In this document: positions 25,256-37,411 of the stretch, in pieces
Position numbering within the stretch: the first letter of the stretch is position 1
How the letters are laid out: each line of letters begins with the position of its first letter
NCBI GenBank assembly: GCA_030390025.1
Contig: CM059433.1
Span: forward strand, 23,252,001 to 23,316,000
Length of the DNA: 64,000 nt
Reading direction: 5' to 3'
Origin: Squalus acanthias
Lineage: Eukaryota
The notes under the pieces: model-generated
Told to the model about the DNA's origin: nothing
What the model saw: the letters and a program-made list of their open reading frames with translations, nothing else
The model's database searches: none
Made by a program: the position numbers and the translations under genes

Positions 25256-25272
25256 TTTCTAGAACATTACTA

Positions 25273-26092
25273 GGCCTAGAAATTCGGCTCCGTAGCGCCC
25301 AATTTTTTGGTGCTACGGGTGCCATTTTCTGTCAAAAATGGCGCCCACACCACGCACGCACACACTTCTGATGCGGGTCGCGCCAGACGACATTTTGGTG
25401 AGGTAGTTTGCGTCGCCGCATGGCACGTGCGCCGGAGGTATGCAGAGTACGCAGATCGTGACATCAATCAGCGTGCAACACTGATTTGATGCCAGCGCTG
25501 CCATTTTCGACCTCAATGCTGGAACTAAAGCCCTCTCTTAACCTCTCACAGCTGAACATGCGCTGAGCAGCAGGAAGGACCCTGCCACCAGTGCTATTTA
25601 AAGTAATGCTTTCGGGTGAGTTGCTGTTTGAATTCTACTGGCTCTTAGTGAGTTTGTAGAGGTGTTTCTTGGTTTGGTGTCTTGTTTGAAGTTGCTGACA
25701 TGTCCAGGGAGTGGTGCGGCAGGTTACTTCAAGGCTTCTGCTCAGACCAGTTGCTCCCAGACATGGGTGCTGTGGTTTGTATCCCCCTTGGCCTGCAGCA
25801 TGACAGGGAGAATGAGCAGAGGTGACACAGAGCAGGACAAGCTGCTCGAAGAGAGCGGAGGGGGAGAAGGGCTCTCAGCAGGAGGCCATATCAACCCAGG
25901 GTCTTCGGAGAGCAATTCTCCTACCTCAAACTCAGTGAGGAACAGTGCATGCATCGTCTCCGCTTCACTAAGGAGGTGCTCACTGAAATCTGCCACCTGC
26001 TGCAGGCAGAACAGCAGCCTAAGAGCAGGGCGAGTCCGGCATTGTCAATGGCTGCCGAGGTGAGCGTGTTGGTTCTCTCACCACCTGTCACA
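25273..26092 (+). mobile_element. Harbinger left arm with transposase N-terminus (truncated)
   Basis: Terminus GGCCTAGAAATTC; ATG at 25763; RRALSRRPYQPRVF...RLRFTKEVLTEICHLL matches the 42660 transposase. Confidence 0.8.
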
Positions 26093-26837
26093 GGCCCAGA
26101 CTGGTGGTTATGTCCTTCAGGACTCGGCCAGCTCGGTCAGTAGTGGTGCTACCGAGCCACTCTTGGTGATGGACATTGAAGTCCCCCACCCAGAGTACAT
26201 TCTGTGCCCTTGCTACTCTCAGTGCTTCTTCCAAGTGATGTTCAACATGGAGGAGTACTGATTCATCAGCTGAGGGAGGGCGGTAGGTGGTAATCAGCTG
26301 GAGGTTTCCTTGCCCATGCTTGACCAGAAGCCATGAGACTTCATGGGGTCCGGAGTCAATGTTGAGGACTCCCAGGGCCACTCCTTCCCGACTGTGTACC
26401 ACTGTGCCGCCACCCCTGGTGGGTCTGTCCTGGCGGTGGGACAGGACATACCCAGGGATGGCGATGGAAGAGTCTGGGATGTTGGCTGAAAGGTATGATT
26501 CTGTGAGTATGACTATGGCAGGCTGTTGCTTGACTAGTCTGTGGGACAGCTCTCCCAATTTTGGCACAAATCCCCAGATGTTGGTGAGGAGGACTTAGCA
26601 GGGTCGACTGGGCTGGGGCTGCCGTTGCCCTGTCCGCAGCCGGTGCCGAGGTCGATGCCGAGTGGTCCGTCCGGTTTCATTCTTATTATTGTGTTTTGTA
26701 GCGGTTTGTTACAACTGAGTGGCTTGCTAGGCCATTTCAGAGGGCAGTTAAGAGTCAACCACATTGCTGTGGGTCTGGAGGCACCTATAGGCCAGACCAG
26801 GTAAGGACGGCAGATTTCCTTCCCTAAAGGACATTAG
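26093..26837 (-). mobile_element. Second copy of the SINE-headed Zenon-like LINE (5' leader plus APE)
   Basis: Highly similar to 11849-12585 in inverse orientation; ORF 26088-26567. Confidence 0.9.
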
Positions 26838-27689
26838 GATGAGGATGAGGCCCATAGCAGGTTTTCCCCAATGCTCATAGTTAATTGTTCTGGGTGAAAG
26901 TTTCCAGTTGGAAGTCTTGCATGTAGTGGGCAGCTTATCAGAAGATTGTAGGTGCACTCACCATGATTCTCCATCCATTGAAATCAATGGACAGTAAAAC
27001 CAAGGACAGTGCGCCCATGATTTCCCAGTAAACTGGCCACTGCATGCAAGGGTCAACTGGTAGCAGAGGGTCTCAGACATTTATGACTCTGAGTTGTTGT
27101 TCTTTTAGAATTACAAAATTAGAAACAATTAAACAGCGTGACAGCCAAAGTGTGAAGTTACAGACAGGCAATTCACGCTGTTGTATCATTTTAATAATAT
27201 CACTCTGGGATCACCTATGGATTTGCTCTTGGTAAGTCAAATAATATGCTGTTTTGTAAGTAGAGTGTTCTCCTGTGTAAGGTAAAATGTACTCTGCTGC
27301 TCAGATGCATCTACATCCTTTTAAGGCTACAAAGTTTAATTGCTGAATAAATATAGTCCTAGGCCAATAGAATTTAATTATTTGATGAGGCAGCTGTGCA
27401 AGGTGAGGTCAGTCAGAGTTTAATTGCTCTTTAGACTGCAGGTCAGAACACAGGACAATGAAGTACTTGGCTTTCTTACACTTTATTAAAAAAAAATGAA
27501 TGCTATGGTTATTTGTAAATCATAGACTACAGATATTTTGACTGCTGTTAATATATGGTAGAGGAGCTGCTCTGTACGTTCCAAATGACTGGCTTTCTTT
27601 CTCTTTCTTTCAAAGTAGTTTTGGAAGTGATTTGCATTCGACCCTATCCGCTGCAAGAAATTTGCCGTGAATAAGGAGGAGACTTGCTG

Positions 27690-28190
27690 TGTGGTGACAG
27701 CATGCCTCCAAACTTTCTATTTCCAATACCTTCCACTGACTCAGGGCTGAAAATGCCGAGGTCCACCTCCTCAAATCTCAACAGTTCCTTAAAGTCGGCA
27801 GGACTGCTGCCCGTGTACCTGTACTTCCTCCAAGAAAGAGAAAAGGTTGTTTCCGTTCTTTGCCTGCTACTTCCCTGCAGCTGCTGCCATGTGAACTGTG
27901 TCCTAATAGTAAATCATTTATCAGAGGTAGATACATTTGCTTTGGAAGACCTCTTAATACCTCAAAACTTTTTTTCTCATTTGTTCCGAGGTCTCATAGA
28001 CTGGAGCGACACCATTCACTCGTTCGCAATCTCCATCCAAGTTGTTTTCTTCTCTGCTTTGACAGAAAGGTCACCTTTCCCTCCAAACAAGGTCATCTTC
28101 CTTTGCAATTCCTCCTGCAGCACAAATTCCAAGGGGCCATTCTCAAAAGAGTAATTTTTGCCTATATTTCTCCTTGCCTCTATTGTCTTT
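27690..28190 (-). pseudogene. Ancient Myb/SANT-like Harbinger accessory gene remnant
   Basis: Minus strand: KNYSFENGPLEFVLQEELQRKMTLFGGKG...KKTTWMEIANE*...NK*EKKF*GIKR, with stop codons. Confidence 0.6.
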
Positions 28191-28484
28191 GCCACTAAAG
28201 TGATTCTTCAGGCAAGAATAGAGAACAGCCACCCTTTAAGAGTTACTGCCTCTCCAAATTTCTTAGCTCCAGCCAACTGAACTATTGGCCAGGCTACTTC
28301 TTCTGTTTCGCGTGTGCAGGGATCCTGTTAAAATTAGAAGGAGGGAACTAGCCTTGCAATATCTGGCATGGCCAGCTCTACCCATTGCAGGCACAGCACA
28401 CCAGTTTTGCTGCCGTTGCAAAATCTGGGCTATATATTTAACTAACGATCGAATATTGTAGCCCTGTTAAATAGGCTGCAGGTA

Positions 28485-29080
28485 ACATGTACAGCAGGCA
28501 CCTCAAAGCACTGGCGAGGTACCACCAACTGCCTCCGCAAGATCCTGCAAATCCATTGGCAGGATAGGCGCACCAATGTCAGTGTTCTCGCTCAGACCAA
28601 CATCCCCAACATCGAAGCTTTGACCACGCTCGATCAGCTCCGATGGACGGGCCACATCTTCCACATGCCCAATAAGAGACGCCCAAAACAGGAGCTCCGA
28701 CACGGCAGGAGAGCCCCAGGTTGGCAGAGGAAACGCTTCAAGGACACCCTCAAAGCCGCCTTGAAAAAGTGCAGCATCCCCACTGACACCTGGGAATCCT
28801 GGCCCAAGACCGCACAAAGTGGAGGAGAAGCATCCGGGAAGGTGACGAACACCTCGAGTCTCTTCGCCAGGAGCAAGCAGAAGCCAAGCAAAAACAGCGG
28901 AAGGAGCGCACGCCAACCCAAGCACCCCACCCACCCGCCCCTTCAACCACCGTCTGCCCCACCTGTGACAGAGACTGTAGGTCCCGCATCGGACTCATCA
29001 GTCACCTGAGAACTCATCTTTAGCGTGGAAGCAAGTCATCCTCGGTTCCGAGGGACTGCCTAAGAAGAAGAAGAAGAAGA
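28485..29080 (+). mobile_element. RTE-clade LINE 3' fragment
   Basis: QLRWTGH, RKRFKDTLK, terminal CPTC..H..H zinc finger, (AAG)n tail; same family as 31431-32709. Confidence 0.92.
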
Positions 29081-29689
29081 AATAAGGCTTAGATTTAATA
29101 AATGGCATGTATCAAGATCCAAATATAACAAGCAGAAGTGACTTTACTTCATTTATATACTGAATAGTGATTTGATGAATTATGAAAGGTTCCAAGAAAT
29201 TCTTCACATTTGGAGATTAGTCAAAGAAATTAGCACCTTGGCTCACAGAAGCAACTAATCTGCTTATTATGTATTGAGTTATAACACAGCATTTCGACAA
29301 TGAGCCCAACATGCAAACATTGTTGGCAAATTACCATCACTTTAGAATACCAGCATGAGGTATTAATGGAGAGACGTCTGAGCTACACGCATGATGAAAG
29401 TTTGACAGCAATAATGTGGCGTCATTCTGTTCATTTGATCCAAGATCCAGATCACTCAGGGTGATACGGTATTGTACTTCGGTCTGGGATGTTTCAAAAG
29501 GTGTTAGTATTTCTTTCCTCTTGCATTCATTTCTATTTTGTTGTCACACTTTGTTCAAGGTAAAATTAAAAATTTCAGATGTGTTTATGAAGAAGAATCA
29601 AGTGTCCCTGACAAAGGTAGGCGATCAAAAGATTTAGGCTAGATTTTACAAAGTTGTGTTGCCAGCACAGAGCTTTTGTGTGACCGGAG

Positions 29690-29910
29690 CACGTATTAGG
29701 AGTTTAGGTGTGGGGAACATATGTGTTTCCACTTGTAGGGGAGTCCAAAATTAGGCGCCATAAATATAACAGAGTCACTAATAAATCCAATAAAGAATTT
29801 AGAAGAAACTTCTTTACTCAGAGAATGGTTAAAATGTGAAACTTGCTATCACATGGAGTACTTGATGTGAATAGCATAGATTCCTTGAAGGGGGAAGCTG
29901 GAGAAGTACA
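29690..29910 (+). mobile_element. CR1 3' fragment (degenerate)
   Basis: AGAAGAAACTTCTTTACTCAGAGAATGG; similar to 35700-35900. Confidence 0.7.
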
Positions 29911-30837
29911 TAGAATCATAGAATCATAGAATCGGGAGACCAGGCAGCGCGGACCTAATTGGAGGCGGTATCAGCGGCGGCGGTACTTACAGAGCTGGAG
30001 GACATTTTTTGTAGTATTTGTTGTTTATCTTTGATATTAATAATTTATGCTGAAAATGTAGGGCATTCTTTGAGATACTTCTGAGTGCTGGTGCTGTGCA
30101 TTACCTGATAAAAATCAAAGAGCAGATGGTGTTTCTTTGTTGTCCATGTCCAGCTGTGACTGATCTTACAAGGTTGTAGTTGCTAAGAAATAATTGGAAA
30201 ATGATTGAGGAGGACACTGCAACGAGAACAAAAGTCCTGCTGTAGAATGAGTTTAGCTTTGATGGTGTTGGTGTTATTAGCACTTTGCAGAATTAACATA
30301 CTGATTAACACTTCAAACTGCTTGCACTGCCAGAACTGATCTGGTAATTGCTCCAGTCCTGAATGCAGTATACTGCCAATCTTGTGCCAGATTTATGCTG
30401 CTACAAATCTTCCATCAATCTGGCACCAGAGTACACAGCTTTAAGATGAATTGATGCACATTTGTTCCAGAAGTTGAGAAAATGTGGTTTGACCACATAC
30501 TCATTTTTTTCAGCTGAAGCATAACAGATGGAGCTGATACAGTGGCCTGATTTTTAATGGGGAAGGCGGGTTGGGAGCGGTGGGGGGGCGCCGATGCAGT
30601 CGGGAAACCCGAGAAAACAGGTTTCCCGCAGGCCCTGCTGAATTTAAAAGCAGGGCCTGATTTGCATTTGAAACCTGTGTTTCCCGCCCGCAGCCAGCCA
30701 GATTGAGAGGCTGGCTGGCTGTGGGCGGGTAGGCCTGCGGCACTAGGACGCAGGGAGGAGGGAGGGAGGGATCGGGTGGGGACGGGGTGTGGTCGGGGGG
30801 GGGAGGGGGGGGCTAGTGCCGGAGGAGCAGGGGGGCG

Positions 30838-31095
30838 TTGCCGGCAATGATCAGAGGCCGGAGGAGCGCGGGGGGGGGTGCTGTTGGCTACGATCGGGGG
30901 CCTGAGGAGCAGGACGGTGTTGGCAACGATTGGGGGCTGGAGGAGCAAGGGGGCGGTGTCGGCAATGATCAGTGGCCGGAGGAGCGGAGGGTTGGTGTCG
31001 GCTACGATCGGGGGCCTGAGGAGCAAGGGGGTGGTGCGGGCAACAATCGGGGGTCGGAGGAGCGGGTTGGGTGTCGGCAAAGATCGGACGGCTGG
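30838..31095 (+). repeat. Imperfect tandem repeat of about 36-44 bp (GGCAACGATCGGGGGCCGGAGGAGC...)
   Basis: About 6-7 units visible. Confidence 0.85.
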
Positions 31096-31430
31096 AGGTG
31101 CAAGAGGGGGCACCAAGTGAGCATCGGAGGGCTGGGAGCAGCATGGGGAGGACAGGAACAGCAGCACGGGGGGGCTGGAGCAGCAGCATGGGGGGGAAGC
31201 CCTCATGGGGGTTCAGAGGCCTTGTGAGGGGGTCTCCGATCACGGAGGGTGGGTTAGGCAGGGACACTGGATCCAGGAGGTAGGCGTAAAGGCACTTAGC
31301 TCCTGGATCCACCAGTCCTCGCCTTACTTTAGCTGGCAGGTTTCACGAGGCCTGCAAAACCTGACCAGCCACAGTTAAATTTAAAATGGAGGTTAAATCT
31401 GAGGCACGGCAGCCTCATTATAATATTTAA

Positions 31431-32709
31431 GCATTTCGACAGGAGGAGGGTAGCGTTGGAGTTGGCTTTCCCTACCCCCTCTCTGCCGATCACACCTCCC
31501 CAGAGGTCAGTGTCCGTACGAACCCAAGCAAGGCTGTGTCATCGCACCAACGCTCTTCTCGATCTTCCTTGCTGCAATGCTCCATCTCACCCTCAGTAAG
31601 CTCCCCGCTGGAGTGGAGCTAATTTACAGAACAAACGGGAAACTATTCAACCTCCGTCGCCTCCAGTCCAGATCCAAGGTCGTCCCATCCTCTGTCGGAG
31701 AATTACAGTATGCAGACGACGCTTGCGTCTGCGCTCATTCGGAGGTCGAACTCCAAACCATCGTCAACACCTTCACCGAAGCGTACGAGAGCATGGGCCT
31801 TACACTAAACATCCGTAAGACAAAGGTCCTCTACCAACCTGCCCCCGCCACACAGTACTGCCCCCCGATTATCAAAATCCACGACAAGACCTTGGACAAC
31901 GTGGACCACTTTCCATACCTTGGGAGCCTACTGTCAACAAGGGCAGACGTCGACGACGAAGTCCAACACCGCCTTCAGTGTGCCAGTGCAGCCTTCGGTC
32001 GCCTGAGGAAGAGAGTGTTTGAAGACCAGGACCTCAAACCCGACACTAAGCTCATGGTCTACAGAGCAGCAGTGATACCCGCCCTGCTGTATGCTTCAGA
32101 GACATGGACCATGTACAGCAGGCACCTCAAAGCACTGGAGAGGTACCACCAACGCTGCCTCCGCAAGATCCTGCAAATCCTTTGGCAGGATAGGCGCATC
32201 AACGTCAGTGTTCTCGCTCAGGCCAACATCCCCAGCATCGAAGCTTTGACCACGCTCGATCAGCTCCGATGGACGGGTCACATTGTCCGCATGCCCGATA
32301 CGAGACTCCCAAAACAAGCGCTCTACTCGGAGCTCCAGCACGGCAAGAGAGCCCCAGGTGGGCAGAGGAAACGCTTCAAGGACACCCTCAAAGCCTCCTT
32401 GAAAAAGTGTAACATCCCCACCGACACCTGGGAATCCCTGGCCCAAGACCGCACAAAGTGGAGGAGAAGCATCCGGGAAGGCGCCGAATACCTCGAGTCT
32501 CTTCACCGGGGGCAAGCGGAAGCCAAGCGCAAACAGCGCAAGGAGCGCACGTCAACCCAAGTACCGCACCCACCTGCCCCTTCAACCACCGTCTGCCCCA
32601 CCTGTGACAGAGACCGTAGGTCCCGCATTGGACTCATCAGTCACCTGAGAACTCATTTTTAATGTGGAAGCAAGTCATCCTCGGTTCCGAGGGACTGCCT
32701 AAGAAGAAG
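31431..32709 (+). mobile_element. Young 5'-truncated RTE-clade LINE with 11-bp TSD
   Basis: TSD ATAATATTTAA at 31420-31430 and 32710-32720; (AAG)n tail. Confidence 0.93.
31577..32662 (+). CDS. Uninterrupted RTE reverse transcriptase C-terminal fragment (361 aa, 5'-truncated)
   Basis: LQYADD, GLTLNIRKTK, FPYLGS, QLRWTGHIVRM, CPTC...SHLRTH. Confidence 0.85.
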   Translation: MLHLTLSKLPAGVELIYRTNGKLFNLRRLQSRSKVVPSSVGELQYADDACVCAHSEVELQTIVNTFTEAYESMGLTLNIRKTKVLYQPAPATQYCPPIIKIHDKTLDNVDHFPYLGSLLSTRADVDDEVQHRLQCASAAFGRLRKRVFEDQDLKPDTKLMVYRAAVIPALLYASETWTMYSRHLKALERYHQRCLRKILQILWQDRRINVSVLAQANIPSIEALTTLDQLRWTGHIVRMPDTRLPKQALYSELQHGKRAPGGQRKRFKDTLKASLKKCNIPTDTWESLAQDRTKWRRSIREGAEYLESLHRGQAEAKRKQRKERTSTQVPHPPAPSTTVCPTCDRDRRSRIGLISHLRTHF

Positions 32710-33109
32710 ATAATATTTAAATGGACGGCCCGCCTCCTGGGAGTGGGTTGGTTGCCTGTCCCCGTCCCGCCTCTGTTAAAACCGGAAGTGGGCGGGTGGG
32801 AGGCGGGCTCAGTCGAGATTCGGACTTTTAACACTTTAACTTCCCACCCGACCCAAACCCACCCCTTTTATTGGGTTAAAATTCCTCCCATTGTAAATGA
32901 ACTTAGGGCTTCAATGAAGCTTGTGCTTAATAACTTAAATATATATAGGTGAATATATAGATAAAGTGCAGTCCAGTTTAGTGAAAAACAAAGAGGCTTA
33001 CTGGGAAAGATTTTCCTGTCCCTGTGCCTGGATGTGTTGAGTAGCCTGGATGCTGTACCAAGGTTCAGGGACAGGAAAATCTGCTCCTTTGTCTTTAGTC
33101 TTGTGTTAG

Positions 33110-33597
33110 TTAGTTTGGGGTCGATTTTTAGTGCCGTCACCTGGCAGTAACAGGGTGTAACGGCCTCAAAATGGAGTTGGTAACCTTACTGCCATTAACG
33201 AGATGGCCTGTTCCATTTTAAAAAGGGCCCTACCGCCAGATGTCCAAAGTGCCCACCAATTTCAGGCGATAGGGCCCTTTTAATATGGAAAGTCAGTTCC
33301 ATGGGGGATGGAAGAGAAGAGGCCCTCGAATGGTAAGTCTTGAATTACTTTTGTAGGCCCCAGTGGAGCAGGAGTGCTCCTCCGGGTCCCACAAAATTAA
33401 CCTGGGCCGCTGCTGCCCCAGACACCACCTCCCCCCTTCACCCTCTGCAACTTACCCTCCAGACCAATTTTCGGCTTCAATCTGGCGAGGTGCGTCAGGA
33501 CAGCTGTTTGGCGCCCTGCAGCTCGCCTGCCGAATCTAAATGAGGCCAGAGTCTCAAAAAAACCTCTTTGCCGGCCAAAAGTCAAAATACACCCCTT
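33110..33597. mobile_element. Degenerate Harbinger-type MITE
   Basis: GGGGTCGATTTT start, AAAATACACCCC end, and a GGAGCAGGAGTGCTCCTCC core also seen near 34295. Confidence 0.55.
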
Positions 33598-33600
33598 TGA

Positions 33601-33666
33601 GTTTCTTTCCTTCTTTCTCTCTCTCATTCTCTCTCTCTCTCCTTCTCTTTCTTTCTTTCTCTCTCA
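33601..33666 (+). repeat. CT/CTTT microsatellite
   Basis: Direct inspection. Confidence 0.85.
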
Positions 33667-33723
33667 ATTTAATTAAATGTAATTTCTGGCACTTATGTCT
33701 AACTCAATAAAGGAAAACAAAAG

Positions 33724-33905
33724 GGCCTAGAAATTCGTCTCAGGCGATGGGGCAAAACGGGCAATATCGGACCGGCCGCCCGTTATACGCATTGTCTGAT
33801 ACTCAGTTCCATTGCTGTCTGTGGAACTAAATATCAGACACTGTGTATAACGGGCGGCCGATCTGATACCGTTTTGCGACACTGCCCGAGATGAATTTCT
33901 AGGCC
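33724..33905. mobile_element. 182-bp fully palindromic MITE, TSD AAG
   Basis: TIRs GGCCTAGAAATTC / GAATTTCTAGGCC; inner arms CGGCCGCCCGTTATAC / GTATAACGGGCGGCCG and TGTCTGATA / TATCAGACA. Confidence 0.9.
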
Positions 33906-34269
33906 AAGGAACTTATTCTTCCTAGTCTTGTGCGATAATAGTGCAGTAAAACATAATCAAAATATATTATTTTATCAATTAGAGCCCAAACTAGTGAAGA
34001 CAAACCCTTTTATTTTAGTAATTTTGTTCATCAATCTACAATTTTATGGACTTTTATTATCCAGCTGAATCATCTCTTTTGAAATGATTGCAACAATGGA
34101 TTTATTTGCTATGATTGGTCCAGTTTTCTGAAACAATAACAGTTGCAGTAGCTTAAGGTATTCAAGGTCAAACATCATTCACTTAAATAGGAAGGTTTTT
34201 GAAGAAGGCTTTGCAATATCAGAAGAAGAAAGAAGTTTTTGGAAGAGAAAAAGATTTAAAAATGTAATT

Positions 34270-34700
34270 TGAGGTTATCTTGTGGGCCAGGAGGGGCAGG
34301 AGTGCTCCTCTGGGCCTAATAAGGAAACCTCGGCCCTCCCTTGCCCCAGGGTCCCCCCTCACCCCAATCACCTCCAGAGCCCCCCCCCCCCCCCCCCCCC
34401 GCCCCGATTGCATCCAAAGCCCCCCTTCCCATCGCCTCCAGAGCCCCGCCTCCCCCCTCAACTGATGGGTGGGGACCGTTCCCACTGGTCCCCAGCTGTG
34501 GCCTCCTGCCGTCGAACCCCCACTCATGCCTGCCGGCCAGGTATCTGGCCAGGTTCGGGTGGGATTCCGGGAACATTTATTCAAATGAGTCCCAGCTGTT
34601 AAATTCAGCTGGACTTCCTCATCCCCAGACTCCCTGGGTGCACCGCCCGGTTTGGGGCTCGCGCGCATGTACCTGATCCCCACCTTTAAAATGGGGGCCG
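34270..34700. mobile_element. MITE fragment with poly-C tract
   Basis: Shared GCAGGAGTGCTCCTC motif; end TTAAAATGGGGGCC. Confidence 0.5.
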
Positions 34701-34913
34701 CTATCTCTAATTGTTATGAATTATTTCTGAAAAGAAAACCATTCACTAAAAAGCAATCCACGAGGAACCATAAAAGTAATCAAATTTGCTGAAAAATACA
34801 TTTCAACATCTTTTGAGCAGCCATACTGGTTCCCCACCAATCCCACGATATAGCCTTAAAAATAACATTTATAACATCATAATCACGTAAAAAGTTCAAT
34901 AATTCTGACATAA

Positions 34914-35495
34914 AGGGAGGAATTTTATCTCCGTTCGCCCGGTGGAAAGCAGTGGTGGATTTTCTGCTGTTTTCCTACCCTTTTAACGCCGCTGTTTTCT
35001 TGGGTGGTCGAGGCGCCTGCCTAACTCAGACGAATAAGTGTAAATCGGGGTCGTATGATGTCATCACGATCCTGATACAATTTTAACCACTTACTGAGTG
35101 GAGCAATCGCTTTGGATGCTCCGCTCAGTAAAACCTGGTGGACACAATTGGAGGGCTTGTCAGGTAAGCAGGCGTGCACTTCTGGGGCCCACAAAGAAAG
35201 TTTGGGCCCCAGAAGTTCAGGCTCCTCCCCACCCTTTCCAACCCGTAAAACCCTCCCTAACCCCCTGCTTATGACTTACTTGACTGCCGGCGCGGCAGCC
35301 TCTGAGCCACCCGATCGTCACAGGCCCAAAGCCAGCGAGCTGCCTCTGGACACCCATTCTGGGAAGGCGGCTGGCTGACAGAATGCTAATGTGGCCCGGC
35401 CATTAAAATAGACCGGCCCACCCACCGCAGCTCCTGGCCGGACAGGTGAAAAGGGCAGCCCGCCGGCTTTCTGCATGGGAGTCAAAATTCATCCA
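34914..35495. mobile_element. Degenerate Harbinger-type MITE
   Basis: GGGAGGAATTTT start and AAAATTCATCC end. Confidence 0.5.
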
Positions 35496-35497
35496 AA

Positions 35498-36022
35498 GAC
35501 TAAACAGGCTGAGGTTCTTTTCTCTAGAAAAGAGAAGGCTGAGAGGTGACCTGATAGGGGTCTTTAAAATTCTGAAAGGTAGACGTAAAGAAGATGTTTC
35601 CACTTAGGGGGAGTCCAAAATTAGGTTGGGACTCTAGAAAAGAGAAGGCTGACGGGGTGACCTGATAGAGGTCTTTAAGATTATGAAAGGGTGTCACAAG
35701 GTAGACATAGAAAAGATGTTTCCACTTGTGGGGAAGACCAAAACTAGGGACCATAAATATAAGATAGTCACTAATAAATCCAATAGAGAATTCAGGAAAA
35801 ACTTCTTTACCCAGAGAGTGGTTAGAATGTGCAACTTTCTACCACATGGAGTAGTTGGAGAGAATAGCGTATCTGCATTTAAGGGGAAGCTAGATAAGCA
35901 CGAGGGAGAAAGGAATAGGTTATTTTGATGGGGTGAGATGAAGTAAGGAGGGAGGAGGCTCGTGTGGAGCATAAACACCGGCACAGACCAGCTTCAGTGC
36001 TGTAATTTCTATTTAATTCTAT
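35498..36022 (+). mobile_element. CR1 3' fragment with duplicated segment
   Basis: CTCTAGAAAAGAGAAGGCTGA at 35522 and 35632; MFPLVG...RKNFFTQRVV. Confidence 0.85.
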
Positions 36023-36032
36023 GAAAATGTAA

Positions 36033-36305
36033 AAGAAAGACTTACATTCATATGGCACCTTTCACGACCACCAGACGTCCCAAAGCGCTTTACAGCCAAT
36101 TAAATATTTTTTGAAGTGTAGTCACTGTTGTAATGCAGAAAATACGGCAGCCAATTTGCGCACAGCAAACTCCCACAAACAGCAATGTGATAATGACCAG
36201 ATAATCTATTTTAGTGATAACTGATCAAGGGATAAATATTGGCCAGGACACCGGGGATAACTCCCCTGCTCTTCTTCGAAATAGTGCCATGGGAGCTTTT
36301 ATGTA
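36033..36305 (-). mobile_element. Deu-domain-type SINE 3' half
   Basis: GACGTCCCAAAGCGCTTTACAGCCAA...GCAGCCAATTTGCGCACAGCAA...CCCCTGCTCTTCTTCGAAATAGTGCCATGGG; recurs at 5785 and 57755. Confidence 0.65.
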
Positions 36306-36674
36306 ATCCCAAAATCACGACAGTTACCCATCTCATCTTGCAATGCATCCAAAAACCTCCCCCCATACAGTCTGCCCTTTTTCAGTGTCTTAAACTTGTT
36401 TTCTGTTCCAGCTTAAAGTTTGACTGAGGTATCGGAAAAGATAGCCATGTAATCTCCTGGGGGATACAAAAAAAACAGAAAAAGAACAGGACCAATAAGG
36501 GGAAAAAAAAGGACTAGAAAATTCCTCTCCAACCCCCTCAGGTGATCAAAACTGCTCCAGGAGGTCACATTGACACATGCGTCTGTTTGATAACACTCCT
36601 GTGAAGCATCTTGGGATGTTTTACTATGTTAAAGGCACTATATAAATGCAATTTGTTGTTGTTGCTGTTATCTG

Positions 36675-36928
36675 TTAATCCACATACATTCTAACTGATG
36701 CGATCTCTGTCCTGACCCATAACCCCTTGAAGGCACACAGAGAGTCAGCACACACCGCACAATGCTGCAACGCATTCCTGTGGCTCACTACCCTTTGGGA
36801 AAAGAAGAACCGCCTAACATCTAGCCTATTCCTACTTTTGCGTAGTTTAAACGCATATTCCCTGTGTCCTCCCCAATCAGTCAATCTGAAATAATCTATC
36901 AATAGGCACACAATCCAGCCCTTTCATT
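36675..36928 (-). mobile_element. Old CR1 3' fragment
   Basis: RLDVRRFFFSQRVV motif in ORF 36675-36911. Confidence 0.65.
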
Positions 36929-36929
36929 A

Positions 36930-37411
36930 TTGTCCTAACCCTCACCAAGTCCCGTTCGCCCATTACCCCTGTGCTCGCTGACCTACATTGGCTCCCAGTT
37001 AAGCAACGCCTTCATTTCAAAATTCTCATCCTTGTTTTCAAATTCCTCCATGGCTTCGCCCATCCCTATCTCTGTAATCTCCTTCAGCCCCACAACCCCG
37101 AGATATCTGCGCTCCTCAAATTCTGCCCTCTTGAGCATCCCTGATTATAATCGCTCAACCATCGGTGGCCGTGCCTTCAGCTGCCTGGGCCCTAAGCTCT
37201 GGAATTCCCTCCCTAAACCTCTCCGCCTCGCTACTCGCTTTCCTCCTTTAAGACGCCCCTTAAAACCTACCTCTTTGACCAAGCTTTTGGTCATCTGCCT
37301 TAATTTCTTGTATGGCTCGGTGTCAATTTTTTGTCCTATAACACTCCTGTGAAGTGCCTTGGGACGTTTTACTACATTAAAGGCGCTATATAAATACAAG
37401 TTGTTGTTGTT
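36930..37411 (+). mobile_element. L2-clade LINE 3' fragment
   Basis: PITPVLADLHWLPV, LRSS, GGRAFSCLGPKLWNSLP, (GTT)n tail. Confidence 0.9.

Larger units (their letters stand above)
30544..32889. mobile_element. Harbinger-type MITE with internal G-rich tandem repeat, interrupted by RTE
   Basis: Ends GGCCTGATTTTTAA / TTAAAATTCCTCCC; homologous to 50964-51621. Confidence 0.75.

Noticed and set aside
27109..27231. Plus-strand exon candidate with TTCTTTTAG acceptor and GTAAGT donor
   Set aside because: The translation is not recognisable, so a host gene cannot be supported from sequence alone.
29561..29617. 57-nt plus-strand exon candidate
   Set aside because: Two frames are open and neither is recognisable.
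29950..29996. Weak similarity to the 18S rRNA GTGCCAGCAGCCGCGGTAA region
   Set aside because: Several mismatches in a normally invariant motif and no flanking rRNA homology.
30415..31312. Long Pro-rich or Gly-rich ORFs
   Set aside because: Products of a GC-rich tandem repeat inside a MITE.
34191..34263. VFGREKDLK peptide reminiscent of a STAND NTPase start
   Set aside because: Low-complexity purine tract running into a MITE, with no Walker A exon found.
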